Source of the DNA: an uncultured virus (IMG/VR IMGVR_UViG_3300001041_000018)
Taxonomy: Duplodnaviria; Heunggongvirae; Uroviricota; Caudoviricetes
Virus record (IMG/VR): IMGVR_UViG_3300001041_000018
Strand: one strand, 5' to 3'
Length of the DNA: 20,000 nucleotides
Every line of letters begins with the position of its first letter. The stretch's first letter is position 1. The translations under genes were made by a program, and so were the position numbers. The notes beneath the pieces are model-generated. The model was not told where the DNA came from. It was given only the letters and a program-made list of their open reading frames with translations, and did no database searches. Positions 1 to 8,800 of the stretch are shown here, in pieces.

Positions 1-1098
1 AATTGTAATGTTTAAGCCCGCGTCAGCTTGCGTCTGTACATACTGTCCTTCGCTGCCTGAGGGGTCTTGGTAAAATCCGTGAATTAGTTTATTTTTGTAC
101 CTACCAAAATACGAATACCCCCCTGTGGCATCATTTAAGTTCGCTACGACCTGTGGTGCTGAAAAGGTTGCACCGTTATCAGTTGACGTGAGAGCGTAAC
201 ACTCCTGTTGACTGCCGGAGGTGCTATCCCATCTGTTTCCCCCATATCCCGAACCCCGTTCAGCAGCAGCAACATAGATAGTCCCGTCAAAATCTTTGAA
301 TATCTGCGGTGGGAACCCATTACATAAAAAAGAAGGACTTGACCAATTAAGGAAGTTCGAACTACGTGTAATAAATGTTCCCTTCTTTCCCCCTGTTGCG
401 TTGCTTGATTCAACCCGCACTACTATGATTATTTCCCCAGAATTTGTTTCTACCCAGTCCGGTTCACTCATGTAACAGTTTGGGATTGGGCCTATGTCGG
501 CGTAAGTAGTAAAGCAGTCATTTTGACCTATGCTTGATACGGGTGCTCTCCAAATACGTAACCTATTCCCGGTAGTCGCGTTGGGTATGGCAGCTTCACG
601 AATGGCTTGCGTAGGGTCCAACCATGATAACCAATAAACATAGTCACCTCTTATGATTGGAAGTGCGGCCAAACCTGCGGCAAAGAAGTAATTTCCGCCA
701 TTTGATAACGTAGGAGCAACCCTTCTGAAAAGAGTGTCGTCTATTGATGGTGTGTGTGTTTCCTGGAAATAGTAATACAACGCATTTTCAGCGTATAGTT
801 GTGCATTGTTGTCTCTATAGCAATACCAACCCCAATAACCGGACCTACCATCAGGTAGATGGATTTTGCCACAATCTGGGGCGCGATAATCAATGGACGT
901 ACCTCTAACTACGTCTTCCCAATCCAACAAGTTTAGTGATCGTACAACACGAGTGTAGGGGGAATTGTCTGCACCACCCTCTTCTTCTGTCGCATTTCCA
1001 CCAAAAACGTAGAAATAGCCATCAGCAGCGTAACCTGTGCCGCAATAGAAAGGCTCCCAATCACCAACCCTTACGGGTTCTGACAGTTCAAGGGTCAT
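1..1098 (-). CDS. BNR/Asp-box beta-propeller protein, sialidase (GH33)-like; 3' end beyond the window (>=366 aa)
   Basis: Not in the ORF track; translated by hand. ATG 1098-1096 overlaps the upstream TGA (ATGA) and the frame is open to position 1 (MTLELSEPVRVGDWEPFYCGTG...DAGLNITI). Asp-box STDNGATFS at 160-186, degenerate boxes RSLNLLDW and RSSNFLNWS, SEPDWVETNSGEIIIVVR, and GYS after the last Asp-box. Confidence 0.8.
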   Translation of the reverse strand, partial: MTLELSEPVRVGDWEPFYCGTGYAADGYFYVFGGNATEEEGGADNSPYTRVVRSLNLLDWEDVVRGTSIDYRAPDCGKIHLPDGRSGYWGWYCYRDNNAQLYAENALYYYFQETHTPSIDDTLFRRVAPTLSNGGNYFFAAGLAALPIIRGDYVYWLSWLDPTQAIREAAIPNATTGNRLRIWRAPVSSIGQNDCFTTYADIGPIPNCYMSEPDWVETNSGEIIIVVRVESSNATGGKKGTFITRSSNFLNWSSPSFLCNGFPPQIFKDFDGTIYVAAAERGSGYGGNRWDSTSGSQQECYALTSTDNGATFSAPQVVANLNDATGGYSYFGRYKNKLIHGFYQDPSGSEGQYVQTQADAGLNITI

Positions 1099-3050
1099 AG
1101 AGTGCCACCATACCAATTATCTAATGTTATAGGTATTGCGCCTGTAGCCGAGACATAGAAGCCAGGATTGCCTGTTGCTATAGGTGACACGCTATCTGTA
1201 ACGGAGTCAATTAACGTCCAATTCGTCCCGTTGTTAGTTGAATAGTATGCTGTTAACAATGAACCTGAAATTTCCAATTTAAGAGTGATGTTTGCGTCCG
1301 GCCCACCTTCAATGTTAAGCAAGGAACCTATATAGGCACCCCCTACAATTTTTATGATGTCAAATACGTAGGTGTCGTACCAATAGCCATCGCTCTCCCT
1401 AGACTCCCAATATGTGCGTAGGGCATAATACGTTTTGCTCCCGTTATCTCTGACAGTCACCCCGTAAGCACTGCTATCTGAAATTGCTAGCGTATCAACA
1501 GTAATGCGTGAAAATTGATTTGAGCCGAAGCTGCCTGTCCATCGCTGTATTGCATTACCGTTCGATACTAACTTACCCCCTGTTTTTGTTGCGGTACCGG
1601 TATAGGGGTTAGCCCCCCAATTACTACCTAACGCGCCCTCTCCTGTAAAAGCATCATACAGAATAGCAGCAGCAGCAGCACTAGACGCGGCGGCTAGAGT
1701 GCCAAGCACTGTACCGTTTCTTCCACCTACTCTCACATAATAAGTTGTTCCCTGAGTAAGCATCCCATTAAGTACGTGCTGAACAGACCCCGCAGGTATA
1801 CCTGTAATATGTCCTGAGACAGCCGATTGCGGCGTAGCAGGGTAAGCAACTGTTGAGACGTAACCGGATAGCCCGTCTGTCGCCTCATTGAGTCCTGAGT
1901 TGGTTGAATAGAACAGTTCGTAGCTCGTTTCTCCTGTAAGGTCTGTCCATACCGCCGTAATCTGCGCGGGGGAGTTAGAAACGGAGAAGCCCGAAGGTGC
2001 GAGGGGCGCGGATGCCGCACCAACCCCTCCGACGCTAGCCACAGATGATGTAACCGCCACTCCAGTAGCAGCCCCAATGCCAACTACAACCCCAACTCCA
2101 GTCACAGTCCCACTGCTCGATGAAGTTGTAACTCCAGTCAGGGAGGCAATGCCGGGAATAGACACAACCTCACCTACTCCAGATATTTCAGCGACCACTG
2201 TGGATACAGTTACACTGGTCAAATCAGCGGCCCCAAGTGCTACACCGGTACCGGATATTTCAGCAACACTGGTTCCAGCACTCACATCTGTTAGTTCGCC
2301 CGTTCCTAGAATGACTACTTCACCAGAACCACTAATTTCCTCTACGGAGGTTCCGACAACGACTTCAGCCAAAGCCCCAATCCCTAAGGAGATTCCTGCG
2401 CCAAGAAGTTCTGCCACGCTCAATGTAGCCAGGACTCCGGTAACCGACCCAATTCCCTCCCCAGCAGCAATGCCGATTCCTCCGAGATCACTCATGGACG
2501 AAGCGGTTTGCACACCGGCAAGATTCCCGGTGCCTAGTGCTATGCCTGCCCCTGAAATCTCAGCAACACTGATTGCCCCGGAGATACCCGTGAGAGAACC
2601 AAGGCCAATTGCTACACCAACGCCGGAAATTTCAGCAGCATCTGCCGAAACAAAAATACCCGCGAGAGAGCCTAGTCCTGCTAATCCACCTACTCCAGAA
2701 ATTTCAGCGACACTCGCTGCAGCAGAAACCCCGACAAAAGTGCCAAGACCCCCGACAGATGTACCCATGATGCGAATGTGTATTGCATAGTCAGGCCAAC
2801 CCGCAGTGCGTTTTTCTTCTATCAAAGCTAATGTCGGGGTATCAAAATCACCTGACTCAGCGAGGTAGCCGAGGATCTGAGTCACTTCACCGTTGGCAGC
2901 ACGTTCAGAGGGAGACAAGGTGAGGGAGGAATAGCCGATCTTGTGGATGACACCACTACGCACGGAGACTAAGTAATCCCCGCTTTCAGGGCTCTCTTCA
3001 ATAGGAGCCCCTTCTAAAACTGATTGTAATGAAATTGGTTGAACCGACAT
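1095..3050 (-). CDS. Putative virion fibre/adhesin: Gly/Ser/Ala-rich repeats, FN3 domain, C-terminal beta-sandwich domain
   Basis: Track ORF 1095..3056. ATG at 3050 is preferred because GAGGTG lies just upstream. About 11 copies of an SVAEISGxGxxxGxGxLxGV-like repeat, an FN3-like segment (APLAPSGFSV..AVWTD..SYELFYS..TYYVRVGGRN), a poly-Ala linker, and an aromatic-rich C-terminal domain containing YSTNNGTNW. Confidence 0.7.
   Translation of the reverse strand: MSVQPISLQSVLEGAPIEESPESGDYLVSVRSGVIHKIGYSSLTLSPSERAANGEVTQILGYLAESGDFDTPTLALIEEKRTAGWPDYAIHIRIMGTSVGGLGTFVGVSAAASVAEISGVGGLAGLGSLAGIFVSADAAEISGVGVAIGLGSLTGISGAISVAEISGAGIALGTGNLAGVQTASSMSDLGGIGIAAGEGIGSVTGVLATLSVAELLGAGISLGIGALAEVVVGTSVEEISGSGEVVILGTGELTDVSAGTSVAEISGTGVALGAADLTSVTVSTVVAEISGVGEVVSIPGIASLTGVTTSSSSGTVTGVGVVVGIGAATGVAVTSSVASVGGVGAASAPLAPSGFSVSNSPAQITAVWTDLTGETSYELFYSTNSGLNEATDGLSGYVSTVAYPATPQSAVSGHITGIPAGSVQHVLNGMLTQGTTYYVRVGGRNGTVLGTLAAASSAAAAAILYDAFTGEGALGSNWGANPYTGTATKTGGKLVSNGNAIQRWTGSFGSNQFSRITVDTLAISDSSAYGVTVRDNGSKTYYALRTYWESRESDGYWYDTYVFDIIKIVGGAYIGSLLNIEGGPDANITLKLEISGSLLTAYYSTNNGTNWTLIDSVTDSVSPIATGNPGFYVSATGAIPITLDNWYGGTL
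2020..2775 (-). repeat. Intragenic degenerate tandem repeat, ~21-25 aa unit (AEISG-type)
   Basis: Recurrent AEISG/EEISG/AELLG/SDLGG motif. On the + strand (a)tttcagc / atctcagc recurs at roughly 65-75 nt spacing or multiples of it. Boundaries approximate. Confidence 0.8.
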
Positions 3051-3060
3051 TTCCACCTCA

Positions 3061-3288
3061 CTAAGCCATTAAAGGCGCTCCTGTAACTGCGTCGTATAGA
3101 AACGCGCCGGTTGTTGCGTCGTAGAGGTTTCCCTCAGCGGTCACGGCAGGAGGCCTAGTTTGCACCAGCGAATGAATTTCTCTAGGCGCTCTTACACCCC
3201 AATAGATTTCCTCCGAGACCACCGACGCATGGATTAGCCCAGCTAAAATCAGCCCGAAGATGGCTCTAGCCGCGACCACGGCGATCAT
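3061..3288 (-). CDS. Hypothetical protein (75 aa), hydrophobic N-terminus, C-terminal LYDAxTGA duplication
   Basis: ATG overlaps the upstream stop (TAATG). Fills the gap between neighbours. Contains LYDATTGAF/LYDAVTGAP. Confidence 0.7.
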   Translation of the reverse strand: MIAVVAARAIFGLILAGLIHASVVSEEIYWGVRAPREIHSLVQTRPPAVTAEGNLYDATTGAFLYDAVTGAPLMA

Positions 3289-3620
3289 TAAAGCACCTGC
3301 CCGGTCTTCACCGTGATCTGCCCAGACAAAGCCCGGTCGGTGGTGATATCGTCAGCGTCGTCAAGATCCAAATTGTAGAGGTACTGCCTAGGCTCTAGTG
3401 AGGCTGTGGTAGCACGAGGCATGGTCCAAGCGATCTTGCCTTCTAACGCAGCCAAAACAGCGCACCCGAAATCTGCCACGTGCAGGCCATTCTGAGTCAT
3501 GAGGGAGGCTCTGGGAGTCTTGTCAGTGAGGTTGATCGGTGTGGTTTTGCTTATGTCCGTGTAGAGGACCACCTCTCGATAGAAAGTGGCGCCCTGCTCA
3601 ATTGTGTCGTTGTGGTTCAT
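3288..3620 (-). CDS. Small phage structural beta-sandwich protein (possible fibre collar/attachment protein)
   Basis: GGAGGAG RBS. The IEQGATF...PINLT...Y.YNL.L...G.ITV pattern resembles small Ig-like proteins common near tail fibre genes. Function is inferred. Confidence 0.65.
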   Translation of the reverse strand: MNHNDTIEQGATFYREVVLYTDISKTTPINLTDKTPRASLMTQNGLHVADFGCAVLAALEGKIAWTMPRATTASLEPRQYLYNLDLDDADDITTDRALSGQITVKTGQVL

Positions 3621-3652
3621 TCTGGCTCCTCCAAGGATTCACATCTGAATTC

Positions 3653-3808
3653 TTATTCTTGCTCCTCAACCTTCTTTTCAGCCAACTGAGCATTCGCCTG
3701 CTTCATGATCTTGTCGATCAGCCCAACGACTTCTTTGAAGGGCTTTTCTTGGAGAGAAGCTAAAATGTAGTTGATTTCATTTTCTGCGAGTTCGATCTGA
3801 AAGTTCAT
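3653..3808 (-). CDS. Small helical phage protein (51 aa), possible tail fibre assembly factor
   Basis: Below the track cut-off; translated by hand as MNFQIELAENEINYILASLQEKPFKEVVGLIDKIMKQANAQLAEKKVEEQE*. AAGGA RBS upstream. Fills the gap between neighbours. Confidence 0.75.
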   Translation of the reverse strand: MNFQIELAENEINYILASLQEKPFKEVVGLIDKIMKQANAQLAEKKVEEQE

Positions 3809-3819
3809 TTTATTTCCTT

Positions 3820-4095
3820 TTATTGGTTGAGGTCTCGTGCTTCTCTAGCAGCGATTGTCTTCGCGTTCAGATGGTTGTAGACGAACATGTCATCTTCATT
3901 CTCAGGGTCGAAGGTCAGGCAGAGGTTCCCGTTGGGCTTGGCAGAAACTTTCACGCCTTCAGCATCTACGGTGATTACTTCCTCAACCGTCATTACGGAG
4001 GGCATCTGGCCGTAGGTGTTCTCAATCCTGATTGCACATGTGCGTTCCCAAGTGGTAGCGGAAACTGGCTTCTCGTTATAGTTGGGTGTGCCCAT
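3820..4095 (-). CDS. Hypothetical protein (91 aa), possible tail fibre chaperone
   Basis: AAGGAG RBS. Directly downstream of the fibre gene. Function inferred from position only. Confidence 0.7.
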   Translation of the reverse strand: MGTPNYNEKPVSATTWERTCAIRIENTYGQMPSVMTVEEVITVDAEGVKVSAKPNGNLCLTFDPENEDDMFVYNHLNAKTIAAREARDLNQ

Positions 4096-4109
4096 TTTTA
4101 TGGCTCCTT

Positions 4110-5411
4110 TTATGCGAGTGCTAGGGTGACAGAGCGGATAACACCATCAGACCCCCGCATCCCGAGCTGAATATGCGTGTTGTCAACCATTACTATATGA
4201 AAATCATAGTTATCTGTAAGGGTTTGTCCTGCGGCTATGTTGCACCTAACGTTGCCCGCGAAAGTAACATTCCCATTCGCCTGTAACACCGCGCCAGAGC
4301 CATTGTCTGTAGTTGTGCCTACTAAGAGATTCCCACCATACGGTACGACAGAGAGTGTTGCATTCCACGTACCTCCCGCCTCTGAGCACATAATCCGACC
4401 AATGCCGCCAGCGGTATCAATAGTAACTGCACTTGCTAATGGCGTTGACACAGCCGCACCACTGAATGTACCCGCGCCTGCAACCTGTAACACCGCGCCA
4501 GAGCCGTTTTCGGTGGTGGTGTTCACAAGTACAGTACCCGTACCCTTTATGCAAAGTGGTGTATTAATATTTGTGCTAGAAGTGCGCATTCTGAACATTA
4601 TTGATGCACTGGCACTGTCGTATGTTTGGTCGATGTATAGTGCTGTGTCTCCTGCTGCGGCATAGGTGAATTTACCTTGGTATGTGGGCGTGGTCCCGGC
4701 TATAAATGAGCCGTTATTAACGTCTCCTGCGTTTATAGAACCATTCACCTGCAACTTCGCACCAGAGCCGTTGTCTGTAGGGGTGTTGATGAGGAGGTTG
4801 CCTGTGTTTGTTAATCGCATATCCTCAACTATGGTTGTCCCGCCGTTGGTGGAATGACCGAACCTCAGCATCGGGAATGCTGCCTTACTGTGGATGATCC
4901 CGCCGTCATTGTCTGAGACGAAGACAAGCCCCTTGGCTGCGTCAGAAAATGCGTTAAGGCTGAGTTTAGGAGAGGTTGCTGCTATCGTTACACCCGCAGC
5001 ACTCAAAGCCCCCACACTAAACGCCTGCGCAGCCCCAGGCCCAGCCAAAGGAGATTTCCCCGCCAACGCATCGGTATAATCAGGAATTGCCGCGTCCAAC
5101 TTCCGGATGACCTCGTGGGTCAGGTGGAACGCGAATTCGGAATCCCCTGTCTCGATTTCTGCCAATCCTAAATTAGGCGTGAAGTCCTTAGAAATCTGGT
5201 ACTGGCTTCCTGCAACAGTCGTCCCGGCGTAATTTGGGCTTATCCTAATCTGCGTGTCGGAGTCCACCGCGATCACATTGTAAAGAGCATTTACTCCAGA
5301 GACCTTGAAGGAGTTGCCTACAGCCACATTTGCTAGAAATTGTGTTGAAGCCCCGGTGACGATGTTGGTTCCGTTAGTTATTGAAATTGTTCCGAGTTTG
5401 TATTGCGCCAT
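4110..5411 (-). CDS. Side tail fibre protein (433 aa)
   Basis: AAGGAG RBS. N-terminal MAQYKLGTISITNGTNIVTGASTQF anchor-type motif. Gly/Thr-rich shaft with three GxxLxxTxTxNGSGAxLQxxG repeats. Confidence 0.85.
   Translation of the reverse strand: MAQYKLGTISITNGTNIVTGASTQFLANVAVGNSFKVSGVNALYNVIAVDSDTQIRISPNYAGTTVAGSQYQISKDFTPNLGLAEIETGDSEFAFHLTHEVIRKLDAAIPDYTDALAGKSPLAGPGAAQAFSVGALSAAGVTIAATSPKLSLNAFSDAAKGLVFVSDNDGGIIHSKAAFPMLRFGHSTNGGTTIVEDMRLTNTGNLLINTPTDNGSGAKLQVNGSINAGDVNNGSFIAGTTPTYQGKFTYAAAGDTALYIDQTYDSASASIMFRMRTSSTNINTPLCIKGTGTVLVNTTTENGSGAVLQVAGAGTFSGAAVSTPLASAVTIDTAGGIGRIMCSEAGGTWNATLSVVPYGGNLLVGTTTDNGSGAVLQANGNVTFAGNVRCNIAAGQTLTDNYDFHIVMVDNTHIQLGMRGSDGVIRSVTLALA
4280..4769. repeat. 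Three dispersed direct repeats within the tail fibre gene
   Basis: cctgtaacaccgcgccagagcc is identical at 4280-4301 and 4484-4505. An 18/22 copy lies at 4748-4769. Confidence 0.9.
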
Positions 5412-5463
5412 CTAGGAGACTCCTTTGGTGGAGTGAATTTATGTGCAGAAGTGAATTTTTATG

Positions 5464-5492
5464 TTGACAGGTTGTTTGGGTTGAGGTACAGT
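5464..5492 (+). promoter_or_regulatory. sigma70-type promoter for the lipoprotein gene
   Basis: TTGACA (5464-5469), 17-nt spacer, TACAGT (5487-5492). AT-rich sequence upstream. AGGAGG RBS at 5511-5516. Confidence 0.8.
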
Positions 5493-5522
5493 TTGATTAA
5501 TTAAATTTCTAGGAGGTGGGTG

Positions 5523-5813
5523 ATGAAAAAAATGATTATTTTGCTGGTCGTTGGGTTGTTGGCTGGTTGTGGAGATCCGGATTATGTGGAGCCCGCTAAA
5601 AATTACAAAATTGGAATTGGGACTAGAGACCTGGGAACACAAGAGGCTGCTATCCAAGCGTGCTCAATTACGAGTAGTGTAATTACTGAGGGCACTGGTA
5701 TTTTACTCCCCGGTGATATGTATATCCCTCCGGTTCTAAGGGTTAGTGCCACCGATACCCAGATCAAATGCTACCGAGACACAGGCTCTTACGACTATGT
5801 AACAGTTAATTAA
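5523..5813 (+). CDS. Small lipoprotein (96 aa), putative superinfection-exclusion/receptor-blocking protein
   Basis: MKKMIILLVVGLLAG-C signal peptide with an LAGC lipobox. AGGAGG lies 6 nt before ATG 5523. Two further Cys in the mature part. Only convincing + strand gene. Its stop overlaps the convergent gene's stop (TTAA 5810-5813). Function is inferred. Confidence 0.85.
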   Translation: MKKMIILLVVGLLAGCGDPDYVEPAKNYKIGIGTRDLGTQEAAIQACSITSSVITEGTGILLPGDMYIPPVLRVSATDTQIKCYRDTGSYDYVTVN

Positions 5814-8800
5814 GACAGAGAGCTTGTTTTGAGTTCAATAGCGACCAACGACCGGTACTGAACACTTATGTTAGTACCGGTTATGCTATAAATATGAGTA
5901 CCAGCAGCGGGGGAATCCATAATAGAAAAACTGACAAACCCTGCGTGAGTTCCATCTTGGCTATTTGGACCTAGTAAGGTGGTTGTAACTCCTGATGTGG
6001 TTCTTTTTAAGCGTAACTGAGCAGACGTTCCACCTAACTGTTGGAAACTGACTGTCAATAAAATGGGCTTACCTGTTGCTACGATGGTTACGGACTGTAT
6101 ATCTGCTTCGGTTGTTATTATTACTGCGTCAGGCGTGTATGCAGACTCCGGATTGATGATAGAGTTGGGAGCGACTAAATCATCAACATTTAGTGTACCG
6201 GCTGTCATATCATCTGCGTTCAGTGCCCCCCTCACTTTAAACGCAGTCCCATCCCAAACGAACCCGTTGGTCAGAACTCCACCGCTCACAGTGCCCACGC
6301 GCATTCGCGAGTTGCTTGTGTCCTTGCTGATCCAGAAGCCGGTACCATCAGAAGAATAACTTGCCAGCCCGGAAGTTATTCCTGCGGCACTTCCTGAGAT
6401 GGTCAGGAGGGAGTTGATGGTCAGGGCTGCGTTCAGTGTTAAGGTGCCCACCTGCCCACTTTCATTACTTAAGATGGAACTGGTGTTGTCTGCGGTAACC
6501 GGAGGTCCTCCTGTAATCAGATTGTAGGTGGGAATCGTGTAGCCCAACCCTGATAAAGTAACGGTCCCGCCGCCGCCTCCGGACAAAACCCCAGTGGAAC
6601 TGATTGAGATGCTGCTGTTGAGGATGCTTGACGGGGCGTTGGAGGCGTCTGTCTTAACAACACTCAGCGTGTCCGCAGTCACGCTACTGTTCAAAATACT
6701 TGTGGGAGCGTTGCTCAAGTCAACAGCCACAGCACCAATACCTGCGGGATTAGGTGCAGTAAACGTAAGGGTAGCGCCTCCGATTGTCACCGAGCCTCCT
6801 ACCGCTACGCTACCGGTAACAGCTAAGTTTGCTATCTTAGTTCCGTCAATGTTTCCATCTGTGTGAAATATGGATTGCCCTGCTGCGTTATTTATGACTA
6901 GGCCATAAGATCCTGCTCCAGTATTACCTAAAATAACCCTGTCGTAAGTCCCATCGTTAACTGTGATTCGTTTATTCGTTCCGTCAATTTTAACCCTATC
7001 ATCCCCTACAGCTATAACTGAGGTTGCAGCCAAAGTCCCTGTAGTAATTTTACCTGCGGATAGGTCATTAATTTTAGCTGAGGTAATCGTAGCGTTGGCT
7101 ATCTTAGCATCTGTAATAGTGGCGTCTGCAATTTTACCTACGTCTACTGCTAGGTTTGCAATTTTAGCTGTACTTATGGCAGCATCCACTATGTTACTCG
7201 TATTTACTGCCAAAGTTCCTATTTTAGCATTAGTAATGGCGGCATCTTGAATTTGTGCTGAACCTACTGCGAGGGCTCCAATCTTAGCATTAGTAATGGC
7301 GGCGTCCTGGATTTGTGCTGAACCTACTGCAAGATTGGCAATAAGGGCAGAAGTGATATAAGCGTTAGCCATTACCCCGTCGCCTACAGTCAGGGTATTG
7401 GCTGCTATCTTACCAGCCACAACACTATTAGTGGATAACTCCGCTGCTGTGATAGCCCCCGCTGCAATGTTACTTGCGGTAATTGTGTCGGCAGCTATGT
7501 CAGCAGCAACAATAGCCCCCGCTGCGATTTTACCTGCTGTTATGGCTCCCGCTGCAATTTCAGTTGCGCCTATGGCCCCTGCAGCAATGTTACTTGCGGT
7601 AATTGTGTCAGCCGCTATGTCAGCAGCAACAATAGTGCCTGCGGCAATTGTACCTGCGGTTACACTGTTAGCGGCTAGGTTTCCGGAAGCGGGGTCTATC
7701 GCGGCAACACTAAGTTTTGCTGCGGTCACGGCGCTCGCTGCTATCGCGGTGGCGGTAACTGCATTAGCGACTAAATTCGAAGCGGACACAGTGCCTGCAT
7801 TAAGATTACCTGTGCTGCTATTTATGGCGGCTATGCTGGTCTTGGTTGCGTCTATAGCACTGGCTGCCACTTTAGCCGCGCTAATAGCTCCATCTGCAAT
7901 TTTGGTATTGTCTACTGCTCCTGCCGCTAACTTAGTACTTAGTATTGCTGCGTCTGCGATTTTACTTGTAATTATCAGGCTGTCTGCAATCTTAGTTGCG
8001 TCAGTAATTTGAGCTAAATTTGCATTAGCCAGCAATCCGGTTATTTTACTTCCACCTAAATCTATCTCTCCATTTGCGATATTACTTGCTGTCAAAGTTA
8101 AGGCGGCTATATCTATACCCGAAACTAACGCTGCGGTTGTGTTCAGCACGTTGCTGTAGTTAACTGAAACGTTACCTGAGAAGTCTACAGCTTTGGCCCT
8201 TACGTAGTAAGTTGAGCCAGAAACAGCGTCTACGGTTAGGCTTGTCCCTGTAACGTTAAAGGAACGAAGCCCTACGGTAAATCCTGAGTTAGTCGCTACG
8301 TCTATCTGGTAGTAATTGATATCGGTGTCAGTAGATGCTACCCAACTGATGAACACATTTTTAAAGGCAGAAGTAACTGAAGACAGAACTACATCATTTG
8401 GTATAGTTTCGTCCTTAGTCGTAGTTATAGCCACCCAGGGGGAGTACGCCGAGATGTTACCCCATTTATCGTAGGCAGACACCCTGACGCTGTAACTAGT
8501 ATTAGCCACAAGCCCGCTAAATTTAGTAGTCAGGGTGTCCTTGCCGTTTATAGCAGTTTCAATATAGTCAACCTCAGCACCCTTCTTGAGTTGAACTGAA
8601 TACCCCGCTAGGTCTACTGTAGGGTCTGCTGGTTGACTCCAAGTAGCTGTAATAAATGTGGTATCTTGGATAGCCTGCGTGGTATCTAAGCCAGTGTCTA
8701 AGGTTAAACCTGTAGGTGTGTCAGGAGCTACCAAGTCAAGAGGGTCTAAACTTGAAACGGCAACTGAATATAATGGTGTCCAATTGAGGGAACTATAGTT

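Noticed and set aside
144..413. 89-aa minus-strand ORF in the track
   Set aside because: Out-of-frame inside the longer 1..1098 propeller ORF, which has a coupled start and recognisable motifs.
2077..2790. 237-aa Pro/Thr-rich + strand ORF (mucin-like look)
   Set aside because: Antisense shadow of the Gly-rich repeat gene (GGN codons read as NCC); no RBS evidence.
3635..3652. Short inverted repeat ggattca-catc-tgaattc as a terminator
   Set aside because: Weak AT-rich stem with no U-tract on the coding strand; insufficient support.
4237..8012. Multiple + strand ORFs opposite the fibre genes, and minus ORF 5439..5657
   Set aside because: Shadows of Ala/Gly/Ile-rich genes or antisense to the lipoprotein. 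Only 5523..5813 has a promoter, RBS and signal peptide.
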